DNA of 64,000 nucleotides from an uncultured delta proteobacterium (GTDB lineage: Bacteria; Myxococcota; Myxococcia; Myxococcales; Anaeromyxobacteraceae), in contig CAWJSR010000049.1 of NCBI GenBank assembly GCA_963845515.1, positions 64,001 to 128,000 on the forward strand. The letters are read 5' to 3'. Both the position numbers and the translations under genes were made by a program. Shown here piece after piece: positions 32,515 through 42,350 of the stretch. Position 1 is the stretch's first letter. The number at the start of each line of letters is the position of its first letter. The notes under the pieces were generated by a model. The model saw nothing but the letters and a program-made list of their open reading frames with translations, was not told where the DNA came from and made no database searches.

Positions 32515-32554
32515 GAAGCCCCCTCTCCGCGCTCGCGGGAGGGGGCTTCGCTTT
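32515..32554. terminator. Probable bidirectional terminator
   Basis: gaagccccctc...gagggggcttc stem between convergent genes, followed by gcttt. Confidence 0.6.
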
Positions 32555-32581
32555 ACGGGTGCCGCGGGAGACGGCAAACGC

Positions 32582-33671
32582 CTACTTCGCCGCGATGTAC
32601 CCTTCCTTCGTCAGCAGCTCGGCGGTCAGGACCGCGCCGCCGGCCGCGCCGCGCACCGTGTTGTGCGAGAGCCCGACGAAGCGGTAGTCGAACAGCGCGT
32701 CCGGCCTGAGGCGCCCGACCGTGACCGCCATGCCGTCCCCGGCGTCGCGGTCGAGCTTCGTCTGCGGTCGGTCGTCCTGCTCGAAGTACTGCAGGAAGGG
32801 CTTCGGTGCGCTGGGGAGCCCGAGCTTCTGGGGCTTGCCCTCGAAGCTCTTCCAGCGGGCGACGATCTCGTCCTTCGACGGCTTCCGGTCGAACTTCACG
32901 AAGACGGCGGCCATGTGGCCGTCGCTCGCGGGGACGCGGATGCACTGGGCGGTGATGACCGGGCTGGAGGCCTTCACGATCTTGCCGCCCTCGAGCCGAC
33001 CCCAGACCTTCATCGGCTCCTGCTCCGACTTGTCCTCCTCCCCCTTGATGAAGGGGATGACGTTGTCGACCATGTCGGGCCAGCTCTCGAAGGTCTTCCC
33101 GGCGCCGGAGATCGCCTGGTAGGTGCAGACGGCGATCTGGCTCGGGCCGAACTCCATGAGCGGGTGGATCGCCGGGACGTAGCTCTGGATGGAGCAGTTC
33201 GGCTTCACGGCGATGAAGCCCCGCTGTCGTCCCGAGCCGCTTGCGCTGGAACTCGATGACCGCGACGTGCTCGGGGTTGCACTCGGGCACCATCATCGGG
33301 ACATCGGGGGTGGAGCGGTGCGCGGAGTTGTTGGAGACGACGGGCGTCTCCGCCCTCGCATAGTCCTCCTCGAGCTTCGCCGTCTCCTCCTTCGACATGT
33401 CGACGGCGCAGAAGACGAAGTCGACCTGGTCGGCGATCGCCTTCACGTCGGAGGCGTTCTGGACGGTGACGCCGGCCAGGTTCGCCGGGATCGCGCCCTT
33501 GATGGCCCAGCGCCCCTTCATCACGTCGGCGTACTTCTGGCCGGCGGAGTTGGCGCTCGCCGCGAGCAGCGTCACGTCGTACCAGGGGTGGTTCTCCAGG
33601 AGATTGAGGAAGCGCTGGCCGACCATTCCGGTCGCGCCGAGGACGCCCACGCGAAGCTTCTTCTGGCTCAT
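32582..33671 (-). CDS. asd: Aspartate-semialdehyde dehydrogenase; frameshift near 33225
   Basis: VGVLGATGMVGQRF, VVSNNSAHR, KPNCSIQSY (catalytic Cys), YQAISGAG, CIRVPASDGH, SHNTVRGAAGGAVLTAE. Confidence 0.93.
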
Positions 33672-33788
33672 GCCATTCACCTCAGGGGGGATCGTGTCCG
33701 GGAAGAGGGACCGCGGAGGTTATCACGGGGCGCGCGGAATGCATTCCCTGCGCCGGAGGTGGGCCGGAGGTGGTAGACCCCGGGCCGC

Positions 33789-34528
33789 ATGGAGTCCCTC
33801 AAGGAGACGTTTGCCGTCCGGTCGTACGAGGTCGATGCGTTCAGCGAGCTGTCGGTGCCGGCGCTCTGGGGCTACCTGCAGGAGGCGGCCGGGCTGAGCG
33901 CCGAGCGGCTCGGCTTCGGGGTGAGCCGGTGCCTCGACGCGGGCTTCACCTGGGTCCTCGCGCGCCAGCGGCTCGAGCTCTCGCGGGCCGCCCGCCTCGG
34001 CGAGTCGGTCGAGATCGAGACGTGGCCCAACGGCACCGAGCGGCTGGCCGCCTTCCGCGAGTTCGTCGTCCGGAGCAGGGGCGAGGAGCTCGCGAAGGCG
34101 ACGAGCACCTGGTTCCTGCTCGACGTGAAGACGCGCCGCCCGGTCGATCCCGGCGACCGCGCTCGACTCCGCCTTCCCGCGCGAGCGCGGGCCGTCGGTG
34201 GTGGCGCTCCCCGGCGCGAAGATCGCGGCGGTGGAGGCGCCCGAGCTGGAGCGGCCGTTCGCCATCCGGTTCGCCGACATCGACCTCAACTGGCACGTCA
34301 ACAACGTGAGCTACGTCCAGTGGCTGCTGGAGGCGGTGCCGAAGGAGACCTGGCACGAGCGGCGGCCGTCCTCGGTCGACGCCCAGTACGTCGCAGAGTG
34401 CGACTGGGGCGGCCGGATCCTCTCCCGCGCCAGCGCGATCGGGCGAGGGCGTGTTCCTCCACTCGGTCGCGCGAGAGGCGGACGGCAAGGAGATCGCGCG
34501 CGGGACGACCGCGTGGGTCGAGCGCTGA
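33789..34528 (+). CDS. Acyl-ACP thioesterase (double hotdog); frameshifts near 34165 and 34445
   Basis: FAVRSYEVD, YLQEAA, WVLARQ, IETWP, ATSTWFLLDVKTRRP; IRFADIDLNWHVNNVSYVQWLLE. Confidence 0.88.
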
Positions 34529-34578
34529 GATCTGGCCCCCTCTCCTCCGGGGCGGCCGAGAGGGAGCGGGGGTCCTGG

Positions 34579-35918
34579 TCAGAAGCGCCCGGTCGCGAAG
34601 CCGGGACCGAAGGTGACGTTCCCGACCGAGCCGCCCGGCAGGCGGAACTCCGCGTGCGGCATCGAGTCGGTGATCATCATGATCGGCGCCGGCAGTGACG
34701 AGGGCGCCGATGCCGAGCGTGATCGACCCGCCGGTGCACATGCCCGAGGAGTCGCCGCCGCAGCCGACGCCGGTGAGGGCGGCGCCCGTGATGACCGCCA
34801 TCCCGCCGAAGGTGGTGAAGACGATGCCGGTCGCGAGCTTCCCCTGTGACGTCGGGTGCGCGGCCACCTGGACCATGCCGCGTGCTCGCGAACGGCATCA
34901 GGTCGGGGACGCGGACCTTGTCGGCGCCGCGCCCATAGAACCCCTCGTCGCGCGTCCGGAAGAGGAGGGGGTGGGCCGGGTCGAGCCACTTGGAGCACGG
35001 CGTCGTGCAGACCACCTCGTCGTCGTAGTAGACGTCCCAGCGCGCCGACGCGTTGGAGGAGATGAGGTCCACCTTGATCGTCCCCGCCGGCCCCTCGGCC
35101 TGGCCGCGCCCGGGGATGCGCCAGAGGAACGCCTGGATCGGCGAGCGGCAGTTGAAGTGGGGCTCGAACTCGCTCCCCTGGCTGCAGGTGTCCGGATCGC
35201 CGGCGGAGCGGAGGAGCTCGGCGGAGCGCTTCGACTTCCCGCCCGCCTCGCCGATCTTCGCGACGTCCACCGAGACGCCACCCGAGAGCTCGCGTCCGGA
35301 GAGGAGCGAGAAGGCGCCGACCGAGAGGCCACCCACCACGTGGGTCGCCCGGGCGCACTCCGCCGTCGCCGGGACCTGCTCCGGCGTGAGCCCCTCCAGC
35401 CTGGCCTGCCCGGAGACGAAGGTCTTCACCACCAGCCGGCCGTTGCGCTTCAGCTCGCCCTCGAGCGACGCGGCGCCGAGGGGCAGCTTGGCGAGGAGCT
35501 CGTCGGCGGAGTTGATGTCGATCGAGTCGGACGAGAGCGTCGTGCGCTGGAAGCCGTAGCGCCCGCCCGGGCGGCACTGCGGCAGGAGCCGCATCGCGCA
35601 GCCCGTGAACTCCACGGCGACTGCGCCGCCGCGCAGGAGCGCCTCGAGGTTGGCCTTCTCGGAGGCGGGCCACTCGGTGATGAGCGGGTTCCCCTGGGAG
35701 AGCGCGTACTGGCACGCCGCGGGGCCGCCGTTCACGCCGGGGATCTGCGCCTGGCCGCCGGAGAAGGACGACCCGGCCGCGGAGGACTGCCGGAGCTCCC
35801 GCGAGCCGGCGCCGACGCCGGGGCCCGGGCCGTAGCGGTAGGGGATGTAGCAGCCGGCGGTCAAGGCGGCTGCGGCCACGGCGATGGAGCGGAACGCGAG
35901 GGCAGGGCGTCTGGTCAT
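34579..35918 (-). CDS. Hypothetical lipoprotein: Cys-containing beta-rich N-domain, PEGA-like domain, Gly-rich hydrophobic C-terminal hairpin; frameshifts near 34880 and 34690
   Basis: LTAGC lipobox; PLITEWPASEKANLE...THVVGGLSVGAF...; VYYDDEVVCTTPC; C-terminal LATGIVFTTFGGMAVITGAALTGVGC in another frame. Confidence 0.72.
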
Positions 35919-36179
35919 TGGCGGTCGGGCCTGGACGTTGGGGTGGTTGGACCTCAAGGTGATCGCATCTGCACTACTCGGGCCGCAAGCAGGCGTGCGT
36001 CACATTCGGTGGGATCGACGGTCAGGGGCCGATGTGGGAGTGGCTGGAGCAGCCTCGGTGTTGTCCGCGGGCGACGAGCTGACCAGGACCTGTCTCTAGC
36101 CCTTAGGGGTTAGTGAGGGTGCGCGGATGCGGCCTCGTGTCGCAGGGGCCCTGCTAGCGGGTAGACTGATCACTCTCGC

Positions 36180-37106
36180 ATGGCGCTTCGGCCCGCCGCA
36201 CGCAACGCACTCGTCGCACTCGGAGCCATCGCCATCGCGGTGGGGATCCCCGGCTTCGTCCGCTTCAAGAAGTACGTCGACGAGGACCCGCGGCTCTGCA
36301 TCACCTGCCACAGGGCAAACCCGGAGTTCCAGCTCTGGCTCGGCGGGAGCCACAGCAAGGTCGCCTGCCAGAAGTGCCACCACACGACGTCGGCGCAGAC
36401 GGTGGCGATGCTCCGCTCGTACGTCGAGGGGAAGAACCCCGACGAGAAGCACGCGGTGGTCGAGGTCGGCGCGTGCGCCGGCTGCCACTTCTCCCACGAT
36501 CCGCTCTGGCCGCAGGTGGGGGGATCGCGCGGCCACCGGATCCACTACGAGGAGAACAAGATCCCCTGCATCCGCTGCCACGCGGCGAGCATGCACGGCT
36601 TCACGCCGATGGCGGAGAAGTGCGCCGAGTGCCATCCGAAGCACGGCGTCAGCGTCGGCGGGATGCAGAAGCTCCACTGCTTCGCCTGCCACGAGTTCCT
36701 CACCACCGAGCCGGGGCTGCGCCCCACCCGCCGCGACTGCATGCGCTGCCACACGGCGCAAGGGATCAACGCTCCGGTGGGTGACCACGGCGCGCCGATG
36801 GGGATGGAGTGCGCGGCCTGCCACAAGCCCCACGCCCCGCCCGATCAGGCGCTCGTCTCCTGCCTGAGCTGCCACCCGAAGATCGGTAAGGACGGCCTGC
36901 ACGGGCGGCACACGAAGGAGCCGTGCCGGGGCTGCCACGTCCCGCACACCTGGAAGGCGGCGGAGAAGGGCTGCGTCCGGTGCCACGCGACGCTGAAGCA
37001 GCCCCACCCGGCGGCGCAGGACTGCTACGCCTGCCACCGGTTCCGGCCGATGATCCCGAGCGGGAGGCCGCCTCCGGCGCCGGTCGCGACGCCGGGTGTG
37101 AAGTGA
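36180..37106 (+). CDS. Membrane-anchored dodecaheme c-type cytochrome (NapC/NrfH-like N-terminus)
   Basis: 12 CxxCH motifs counted (CITCH, CQKCH, CAGCH, CIRCH, CAECH, CFACH, CMRCH, CAACH, CLSCH, CRGCH, CVRCH, CYACH) and one N-terminal TM helix. Confidence 0.92.
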   Translation: MALRPAARNALVALGAIAIAVGIPGFVRFKKYVDEDPRLCITCHRANPEFQLWLGGSHSKVACQKCHHTTSAQTVAMLRSYVEGKNPDEKHAVVEVGACAGCHFSHDPLWPQVGGSRGHRIHYEENKIPCIRCHAASMHGFTPMAEKCAECHPKHGVSVGGMQKLHCFACHEFLTTEPGLRPTRRDCMRCHTAQGINAPVGDHGAPMGMECAACHKPHAPPDQALVSCLSCHPKIGKDGLHGRHTKEPCRGCHVPHTWKAAEKGCVRCHATLKQPHPAAQDCYACHRFRPMIPSGRPPPAPVATPGVK

Positions 37107-37148
37107 CGGATCGACGCGGGGTGGAAAGCTGCGGGCAGGCCGTGGCTG

Positions 37149-37175
37149 AAAATCAACCACAGCGTGGTTGATTTT
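37149..37175. promoter_or_regulatory. Perfect 12-bp inverted repeat, operator-like
   Basis: aaaatcaaccac-agc-gtggttgatttt, AT-rich in a GC-rich background, 27 nt upstream of the ATPase ATG. Confidence 0.6.
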
Positions 37176-37202
37176 ACACCGATGGGCGGCCACGATGCGG
37201 CC

Positions 37203-38438
37203 ATGTACCGCCGCAACGTGCAGTCGGCCGTCGAGGAGGCGCTCGCCGATACGCCCGCCGTGATGATCGTCGGGGCGCGCCAGACCGGTAAGTCCACCCT
37301 GGCTCGGCTCGTGATGGAGGGCAGGCGCGCCGCCGAGTACGTGACCTTCGACGACGGCGGGATGCTGGACGTCGCCCAGTCGGATCCGGCGGGCTTCCTG
37401 GCCGCGCGCCCGTCGGCGCTCATCCTGGACGAGATCCAGAAGGTGCCGAGCCTCCTGCCGGCCATCAAGGCCTCGATCGATCGCGACCGGCGCCCCGGTC
37501 GCTTCCTGCTCACGGGCTCGGCGGATGTCCTCGCCCTGCCGAGGGTCTCCGAGTCGCTCGCCGGGCGCATGGAGGTGATCACCCTCTGGCCGCTGTCGCA
37601 AGGCGAGCTGCTCGGGCGCCGGGACGGCTTCGTGGAGGCCGTGCTTCGGGGGGAGCGCCCCGCCGCGCGGGGCGACGCCGCAGGAGTGATCGACCGCGTG
37701 CTCCGCGGAGGGTATCCGGAGGTCGTCTCACGCCCTCGCCCCGAGCGGCGGCGGGCGTTCTTCGACGCCTACGTGACGACGATGGTGAAGCGCGACGTCC
37801 GCGACCTCGCCGACGTGGCTCAGCCCGAGGCGCTGAAGCGGCTCCTGCGCCTCGTGGCCACGCGGACTGGCTCGCTCGTCAACCACGCCGAGCTGGGACG
37901 GACGCTGGCGCTGCCCGCCTCGACCCTGAAGCGCTACCTCGCGCTCCTGGAGACGCTCTTCCTCGTGCACGAGGTGCCCGCGTGGGCCTCGAACCGCGGG
38001 AAGCGGCTGGCACGAGCGCCGAAGCTCCACGTCGCCGACACGGGACTCGGCGCGTCCGTCGCCGGGCTCGACGCTTCGCTGCTCGAGCGCGAGCGGCCGC
38101 TGCTCGGGCCCCTCCTCGAGTCCTTCGTCGCAGCGGAGCTGCGGAAGCAGTGCGGGTGGGGCGAGGCCGCCGCCTCGCTCTTCCACTTCAGGACCCACGG
38201 CGGGCAGGAGGTCGACCTCGTCATCGAGGACGCGCGCGGCAGGGTCGTCGGCGTGGAGGTGAAGGCCTCCGCCACCGTCACGTCGGCCGACCTCGCCGGC
38301 CTACGCGCGCTCGCGGAGGCGGCTGGCAAGTCCTTCGTCCAGGGGATCGTTCTCCATCTGGGCAGGGACGCCGCCCAGCTCGGACCGAACCTGGCGGCGC
38401 TGCCAGTCGAGGCGCTCTGGGCGCCGGCCGGGCGGTGA
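37203..38438 (+). CDS. AAA_14 ATPase with DUF4143 (PD-(D/E)XK-like) C-terminus
   Basis: GARQTGKST Walker A, ILDEIQK Walker B, LTGS, ESLAGR, GGYPE, PKLHVADTG, EVDLVIE...GVEVK. Confidence 0.9.
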   Translation: MYRRNVQSAVEEALADTPAVMIVGARQTGKSTLARLVMEGRRAAEYVTFDDGGMLDVAQSDPAGFLAARPSALILDEIQKVPSLLPAIKASIDRDRRPGRFLLTGSADVLALPRVSESLAGRMEVITLWPLSQGELLGRRDGFVEAVLRGERPAARGDAAGVIDRVLRGGYPEVVSRPRPERRRAFFDAYVTTMVKRDVRDLADVAQPEALKRLLRLVATRTGSLVNHAELGRTLALPASTLKRYLALLETLFLVHEVPAWASNRGKRLARAPKLHVADTGLGASVAGLDASLLERERPLLGPLLESFVAAELRKQCGWGEAAASLFHFRTHGGQEVDLVIEDARGRVVGVEVKASATVTSADLAGLRALAEAAGKSFVQGIVLHLGRDAAQLGPNLAALPVEALWAPAGR

Positions 38439-38975
38439 CTAGCCCCCGAAGAAGAGCTGCACCGCCACGATCGCCGCCGCGAAGCCGCACAGGTCGGCGA
38501 TGAGCCCGGCCGGCAGCGCCTGCCGGTAGCGTGAGATCCCCACCGAGCCGAAGTAGACCGCGAGCACATAGAAGGTCGTCTCGGTCGAGCCGGCCATGAC
38601 CGAGACCAGCCTGCCGGCGTACGAGTCCGGGCCGTCGCTCCGGAGCACGTCGCCCACGACGCCGAGCGCGCCGCCGCCCGACAGCGGCCGGATGATCACC
38701 ATCGGAAGGACGCTCGCCGGGAGCCCGACGCGCCCGGTCACCGGCGCGAGGAGGGTCGCCAACCCCTCCATCGCTCCCGACGCCCGCAGCATGCCCAGCG
38801 CCACGACGATCGCGACGAGCGGCGGGATGATCTTCACCCCGGTCTCGAACCCCTGCTTCGCCCCCTCGAGGAAGGCCGGGTAGACCTTCACGCCCTTCAG
38901 GATCGCGTAGAGCGGGATCCCGGCGAGGAGCAGCGGGATCGCCCACGTGGAGACGACGTCGAGGACCGTCTTCAC
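38439..38975 (-). CDS. spmB: SpmB-like membrane protein (nucleoside recognition/gate domain)
   Basis: KVYPAFLEGAKQGF, MLRASGA, RPLSGGGA, GPDSYAG, GSTETTFYVLAVYFGSVGI. Confidence 0.9.
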   Translation of the reverse strand: MKTVLDVVSTWAIPLLLAGIPLYAILKGVKVYPAFLEGAKQGFETGVKIIPPLVAIVVALGMLRASGAMEGLATLLAPVTGRVGLPASVLPMVIIRPLSGGGALGVVGDVLRSDGPDSYAGRLVSVMAGSTETTFYVLAVYFGSVGISRYRQALPAGLIADLCGFAAAIVAVQLFFGG

Positions 38976-39589
38976 GGTCCGCTCACCGTCGACGCGCCGC
39001 CCTGTGGCGGCGGGGGAGGGAAGAAGCGCCCGAGCAGCCGCGCGGCGGTGACCGCGGCGACGAGGCCGCAGGCGCTCGCGAGGATCGTCGCGCCGATGAT
39101 CTCGGCCGGGGCCCGCGACCCGGCGGCGACGCGGAGCGCGATGACGCTGGCCGGGACGAGCTGTACGGAGGCGGTGTTGAGGGCGCAGAGCATCGCCTGC
39201 GCGTCGGTCGCCGTCCCCTTGTGGGGGTTGAGCTCGTCGAGCCGGCGGATCGCCTCGAGGCCGAAGGGGGTCGCCGCGTTGCCGAGGCCGAGCACGTTCG
39301 CCGAGACGTTCATGACGATGGCGCCGAGGGCGGGGTGGTCGCCGGGCACGGACGGGAAGAGGCGACGGAGCACGGGGCGCATCGCCCGCGCCAGGAGCGT
39401 GACGAGCCCCGCCTCCTCCGCGACCCGCATGAGCCCGAGCCAGAGCGCCATCGCGCCGACGAGGCCGATCGCTAGCGTCACGGCCTTGCCCGCGGACTCC
39501 ATGGCGGCGGCGGTCAGCTCCGGCATGCGCCCCTTCGCCGCCGCCACGGCTACCGACAGCGCGAGGAGTGCGGTCCAGATGGCGCCCAT
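38972..39589 (-). CDS. spmA: SpmA-like membrane protein
   Basis: MALWLGLMRVAEEAGL, LFPSVPGDHPA, ANVLGLGNAATPFGLEA, NTASVQLVP. Confidence 0.9.
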   Translation of the reverse strand: MGAIWTALLALSVAVAAAKGRMPELTAAAMESAGKAVTLAIGLVGAMALWLGLMRVAEEAGLVTLLARAMRPVLRRLFPSVPGDHPALGAIVMNVSANVLGLGNAATPFGLEAIRRLDELNPHKGTATDAQAMLCALNTASVQLVPASVIALRVAAGSRAPAEIIGATILASACGLVAAVTAARLLGRFFPPPPPQGGASTVSGP

Positions 39590-39703
39590 GCGGGGATGAT
39601 GCTGTGCCCCTGCCGGGTAGGCGAGTTTCCGTCCCAGGGCCGATTTCGAGGGCGTCGTGGGGGGGCGCAGAGTACGTTCGCTACCATCGCCCCGGAGGTC
39701 ACC

Positions 39704-40501
39704 ATGCGCCGCTTCGTGTACGCCGCGATCCTCGCCACCATGCCGTTCCTCGAGAGCTGCAAGTGCCCGGTGGTCGAGTCCGGTCACCGCGGGATCGTCT
39801 TCAAGTCGCTGGGCGGCGGCACCTCGAAGGAGATCCTCTCCGAGGGGCTGCACGTCATGCCCGTCTGGAACTCGGTGATCTCCTACGACACCCGCGTCCA
39901 CGAGATGAAGGAGCAGCTCGCCGTCATCTCCTCCAACGGCCTGACGATGCAGGTCGACGCCTCGATCCGCTACAGGCCAGAGCTGGAGGAGCTCTTCGAG
40001 CTCCAGACCATGATCGGTCCGGACTACGACCAGAAGGTGATCGGGCCGGTCGTCCGCTCGGAGGCGCGAAAGGTCTTCGGCCGCTACCAGCCGGAGGAGA
40101 TCTACTCGACGAAGCGCGAGGAGATCGAGAAGCAGATCTACGACGAGGTGCTCAAGGCGCTGAAGGGGAAGCACGTGGTCGTGGAGGCCATCCTCGTCCG
40201 CGACGTGCTCCTGCCCGACACGATCAAGACCGCCATCGCCGACAAGCTCGCCGAGGAGCAGCGCAGCCAGAAGATGAAGTTCACGCTCGACAAGGAGCGC
40301 CAGGAGGCGCTGCGCAAGCAGGTCGAGGCGGAGGGGATCGCCAAGTACCAGTCGATCGTCCGGCAGGGGCTGACTGCCGAGTACCTGCAGTGGAAGGGGA
40401 TCGAGGCCACCCAGGCCATCGCCACCAGCTCGAACACCAAGGTCGTGATCGTCGGCGGCGGGAAGGGTGGCCTCCCCGTGATCCTGCAGACGGACAAGTA
40501 G
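39704..40501 (+). CDS. SPFH/prohibitin family protein
   Basis: VVESGHRGIVF, LSEGLH, VRSEARKVFGRY..EEIYSTKREEI, C-terminal coiled coil and WKGIEAT. Confidence 0.9.
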   Translation: MRRFVYAAILATMPFLESCKCPVVESGHRGIVFKSLGGGTSKEILSEGLHVMPVWNSVISYDTRVHEMKEQLAVISSNGLTMQVDASIRYRPELEELFELQTMIGPDYDQKVIGPVVRSEARKVFGRYQPEEIYSTKREEIEKQIYDEVLKALKGKHVVVEAILVRDVLLPDTIKTAIADKLAEEQRSQKMKFTLDKERQEALRKQVEAEGIAKYQSIVRQGLTAEYLQWKGIEATQAIATSSNTKVVIVGGGKGGLPVILQTDK

Positions 40502-40593
40502 GGTCGCCAGCGGGGGAACCCCGGCGGGGGTTCGCCACTTTCACGCCCCACCCAGGCGTTGATCTCCGCCTGGGGGGTAGCAAGTTGTTGTGT

Positions 40594-42180
40594 ATGCGCA
40601 CCTTCCTGCCAGCGCTCCTCCTCGCCGTCGCGGCGGGCTGCACCTCTTCGTCGGATCCGGCGGATCCGTCGACCGACGACGTCGACCGTGACGGCATCGC
40701 CAACATCGGCGACAACTGCGTCGTCGTCGCCAACGCCAGCCAGCTGGACACGGACGGCGACGGGAAGGGAGACGCCTGCGAGTGCTACGGCGTCGTCTGC
40801 GCGCCGCTGGGGACCTGCCGCGCTGCGGGTGCCTGCAGCCCCACGACCGGCGCCTGCTCGGATCCGGTCGCTCCCGACGGGACGCCATGCGCCGACGCAG
40901 ACGCGTGCACCTCGGGGGAGACCTGCATGTCGGGGGTCTGCGCGGGCGGCGCCTGGGCGTGCACGCCGATCACGGAGCGGGTGAGCGTCACCGTGACCGG
41001 TGGGGAGGCGAGCGGCGCGAGCGGCAGGTGCAGCCTGTCGTCGACGGGCGCGGTGGTCGCCTTCGAGTCGACCGCCTTCGACCTCGTCGCCGGCGACACC
41101 AACAACCTCAAGGACGTCTTCGTCCGGGACCGCACCGCCGGCACGACGGAGTTGGTGAGCGTCGGGCTCGCCGGCGCTGCCGCCAACGGCGTGAGCAAGG
41201 AGCCGAGCGTCTCCGCCGACGGGCGGTACGTCGCCTTCGAGTCCGAGGCCTCCAACCTGGTCGACGGCGACGGGAACCTCTACGCCGACGTCTTCGTCCG
41301 TGATCGCACGCTGGGCACGACGGTCCGAGCGAGCGTGACGAGCGCGGGCGGCGAGGCGGCTGACTACAGCGAGGGCGGCACCATCTCCGGCAACGGGCGC
41401 TACGTGGCCTTCCACACCATGGCCGCGCTCGTCCCAGAGGACGACAACGGCGTGTCGGACGTGTACGTGCGGGATCTGGTGGCGGGGACGATCGTCCAGG
41501 CGAGCGTCGCGAGCGACGGCGGCCAGGCGAACGACTCGAGCCAGTACCCGAGCCTGTCGGCGGACGGCCGGTACGTGGCCTTCGAGTCATGGGCGACCAA
41601 CCTGGTGGCCGACGACCTGCTCGGGTGGGAGGACGTCTTCGTCCGGGATCTGGAGACCGGCACCACGGTCCGCGCGAGCGTCGACTCCGCCGGGGACGAG
41701 GCGGACGACGACAGCGTGGCGGCGGCCATCTCGGGGAACGGCGCCTTCGTCGCCTTCGACTCCTGGTACGACTTCGTGCCGGACGACCTGAACTTCTCGC
41801 TCGACGTCTTCGTGCGGGACCTCGCGGGCGGCGCCACGGAGCGCGCGAGCGTCGACGCGCAGGGCGGCGAGGGTGACTCCTCGAGCCACGACGGGGTGCT
41901 CACCTTCGACGGGGCGCGCCTGGCCTTCTGGTCGGTCGCCACCAACCTCGTCGCCGGGGACACGAACGCGCTGTACGACATCTTCGTGCGGGACCGGACC
42001 GCCGGGACGACCGTCCGGGTGAGCGTGGCCGCCGGCGGCGCCCAGTCCAACGGCGACAGCACCGAGGCCTGCGTCTCCTCGGGCGGGGCGTTCGTGGGCT
42101 TCACCTCGCTCGGCGACAACCTCGTCGCAGGCGACCTCAACTCCTCGGCCGACGTCTTCGTCCGGAGCCTGGCGCCATGA
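40594..42180 (+). CDS. Lipoprotein with TSP3 Ca-binding repeat, Cys-rich linker and TolB-like (PD40) beta-propeller
   Basis: AAGC lipobox; DVDRDGIANIGDNC...QLDTDGDGKGDAC; six SADGRYVAFES..NLV.GD.N...DVFVRD-type repeats. Confidence 0.85.
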   Translation: MRTFLPALLLAVAAGCTSSSDPADPSTDDVDRDGIANIGDNCVVVANASQLDTDGDGKGDACECYGVVCAPLGTCRAAGACSPTTGACSDPVAPDGTPCADADACTSGETCMSGVCAGGAWACTPITERVSVTVTGGEASGASGRCSLSSTGAVVAFESTAFDLVAGDTNNLKDVFVRDRTAGTTELVSVGLAGAAANGVSKEPSVSADGRYVAFESEASNLVDGDGNLYADVFVRDRTLGTTVRASVTSAGGEAADYSEGGTISGNGRYVAFHTMAALVPEDDNGVSDVYVRDLVAGTIVQASVASDGGQANDSSQYPSLSADGRYVAFESWATNLVADDLLGWEDVFVRDLETGTTVRASVDSAGDEADDDSVAAAISGNGAFVAFDSWYDFVPDDLNFSLDVFVRDLAGGATERASVDAQGGEGDSSSHDGVLTFDGARLAFWSVATNLVAGDTNALYDIFVRDRTAGTTVRVSVAAGGAQSNGDSTEACVSSGGAFVGFTSLGDNLVAGDLNSSADVFVRSLAP

Positions 42181-42311
42181 GGCGCGCGGGGATGATGGCG
42201 GCGATCGCCCTGGTGCTCATCGTGGCCGCGTTCGTGGCGGCCATCCTCCTCGAGTCCAGGGGCAGGGAGGTCCCCGACGGCGCGTCGGGTGACGGCGGGT
42301 TCGACGTCTGA
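42177..42311 (+). CDS. 44-aa single-TM small protein (absent from ORF track)
   Basis: MRRAGMMAAIALVLIVAAFVAAILLESRGREVPDGASGDGGFDV*; ATGA overlap with the upstream stop. Confidence 0.5.
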   Translation: MRRAGMMAAIALVLIVAAFVAAILLESRGREVPDGASGDGGFDV

Positions 42312-42350
42312 GCGGGGCCGCGGCGCCGGTTTCTGGTAGGTAAGGGCGCC

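Noticed and set aside
32582..33671. asd as a true pseudogene or programmed frameshift
   Set aside because: Catalytic motifs are intact, no slippery heptamer is evident, and similar indels occur throughout the window.
37149..37175. Palindrome as an FNR/CRP box
   Set aside because: Half-sites are in the reverse order (ATCAA...TTGAT) with the wrong spacing for TTGAT-N4-ATCAA.
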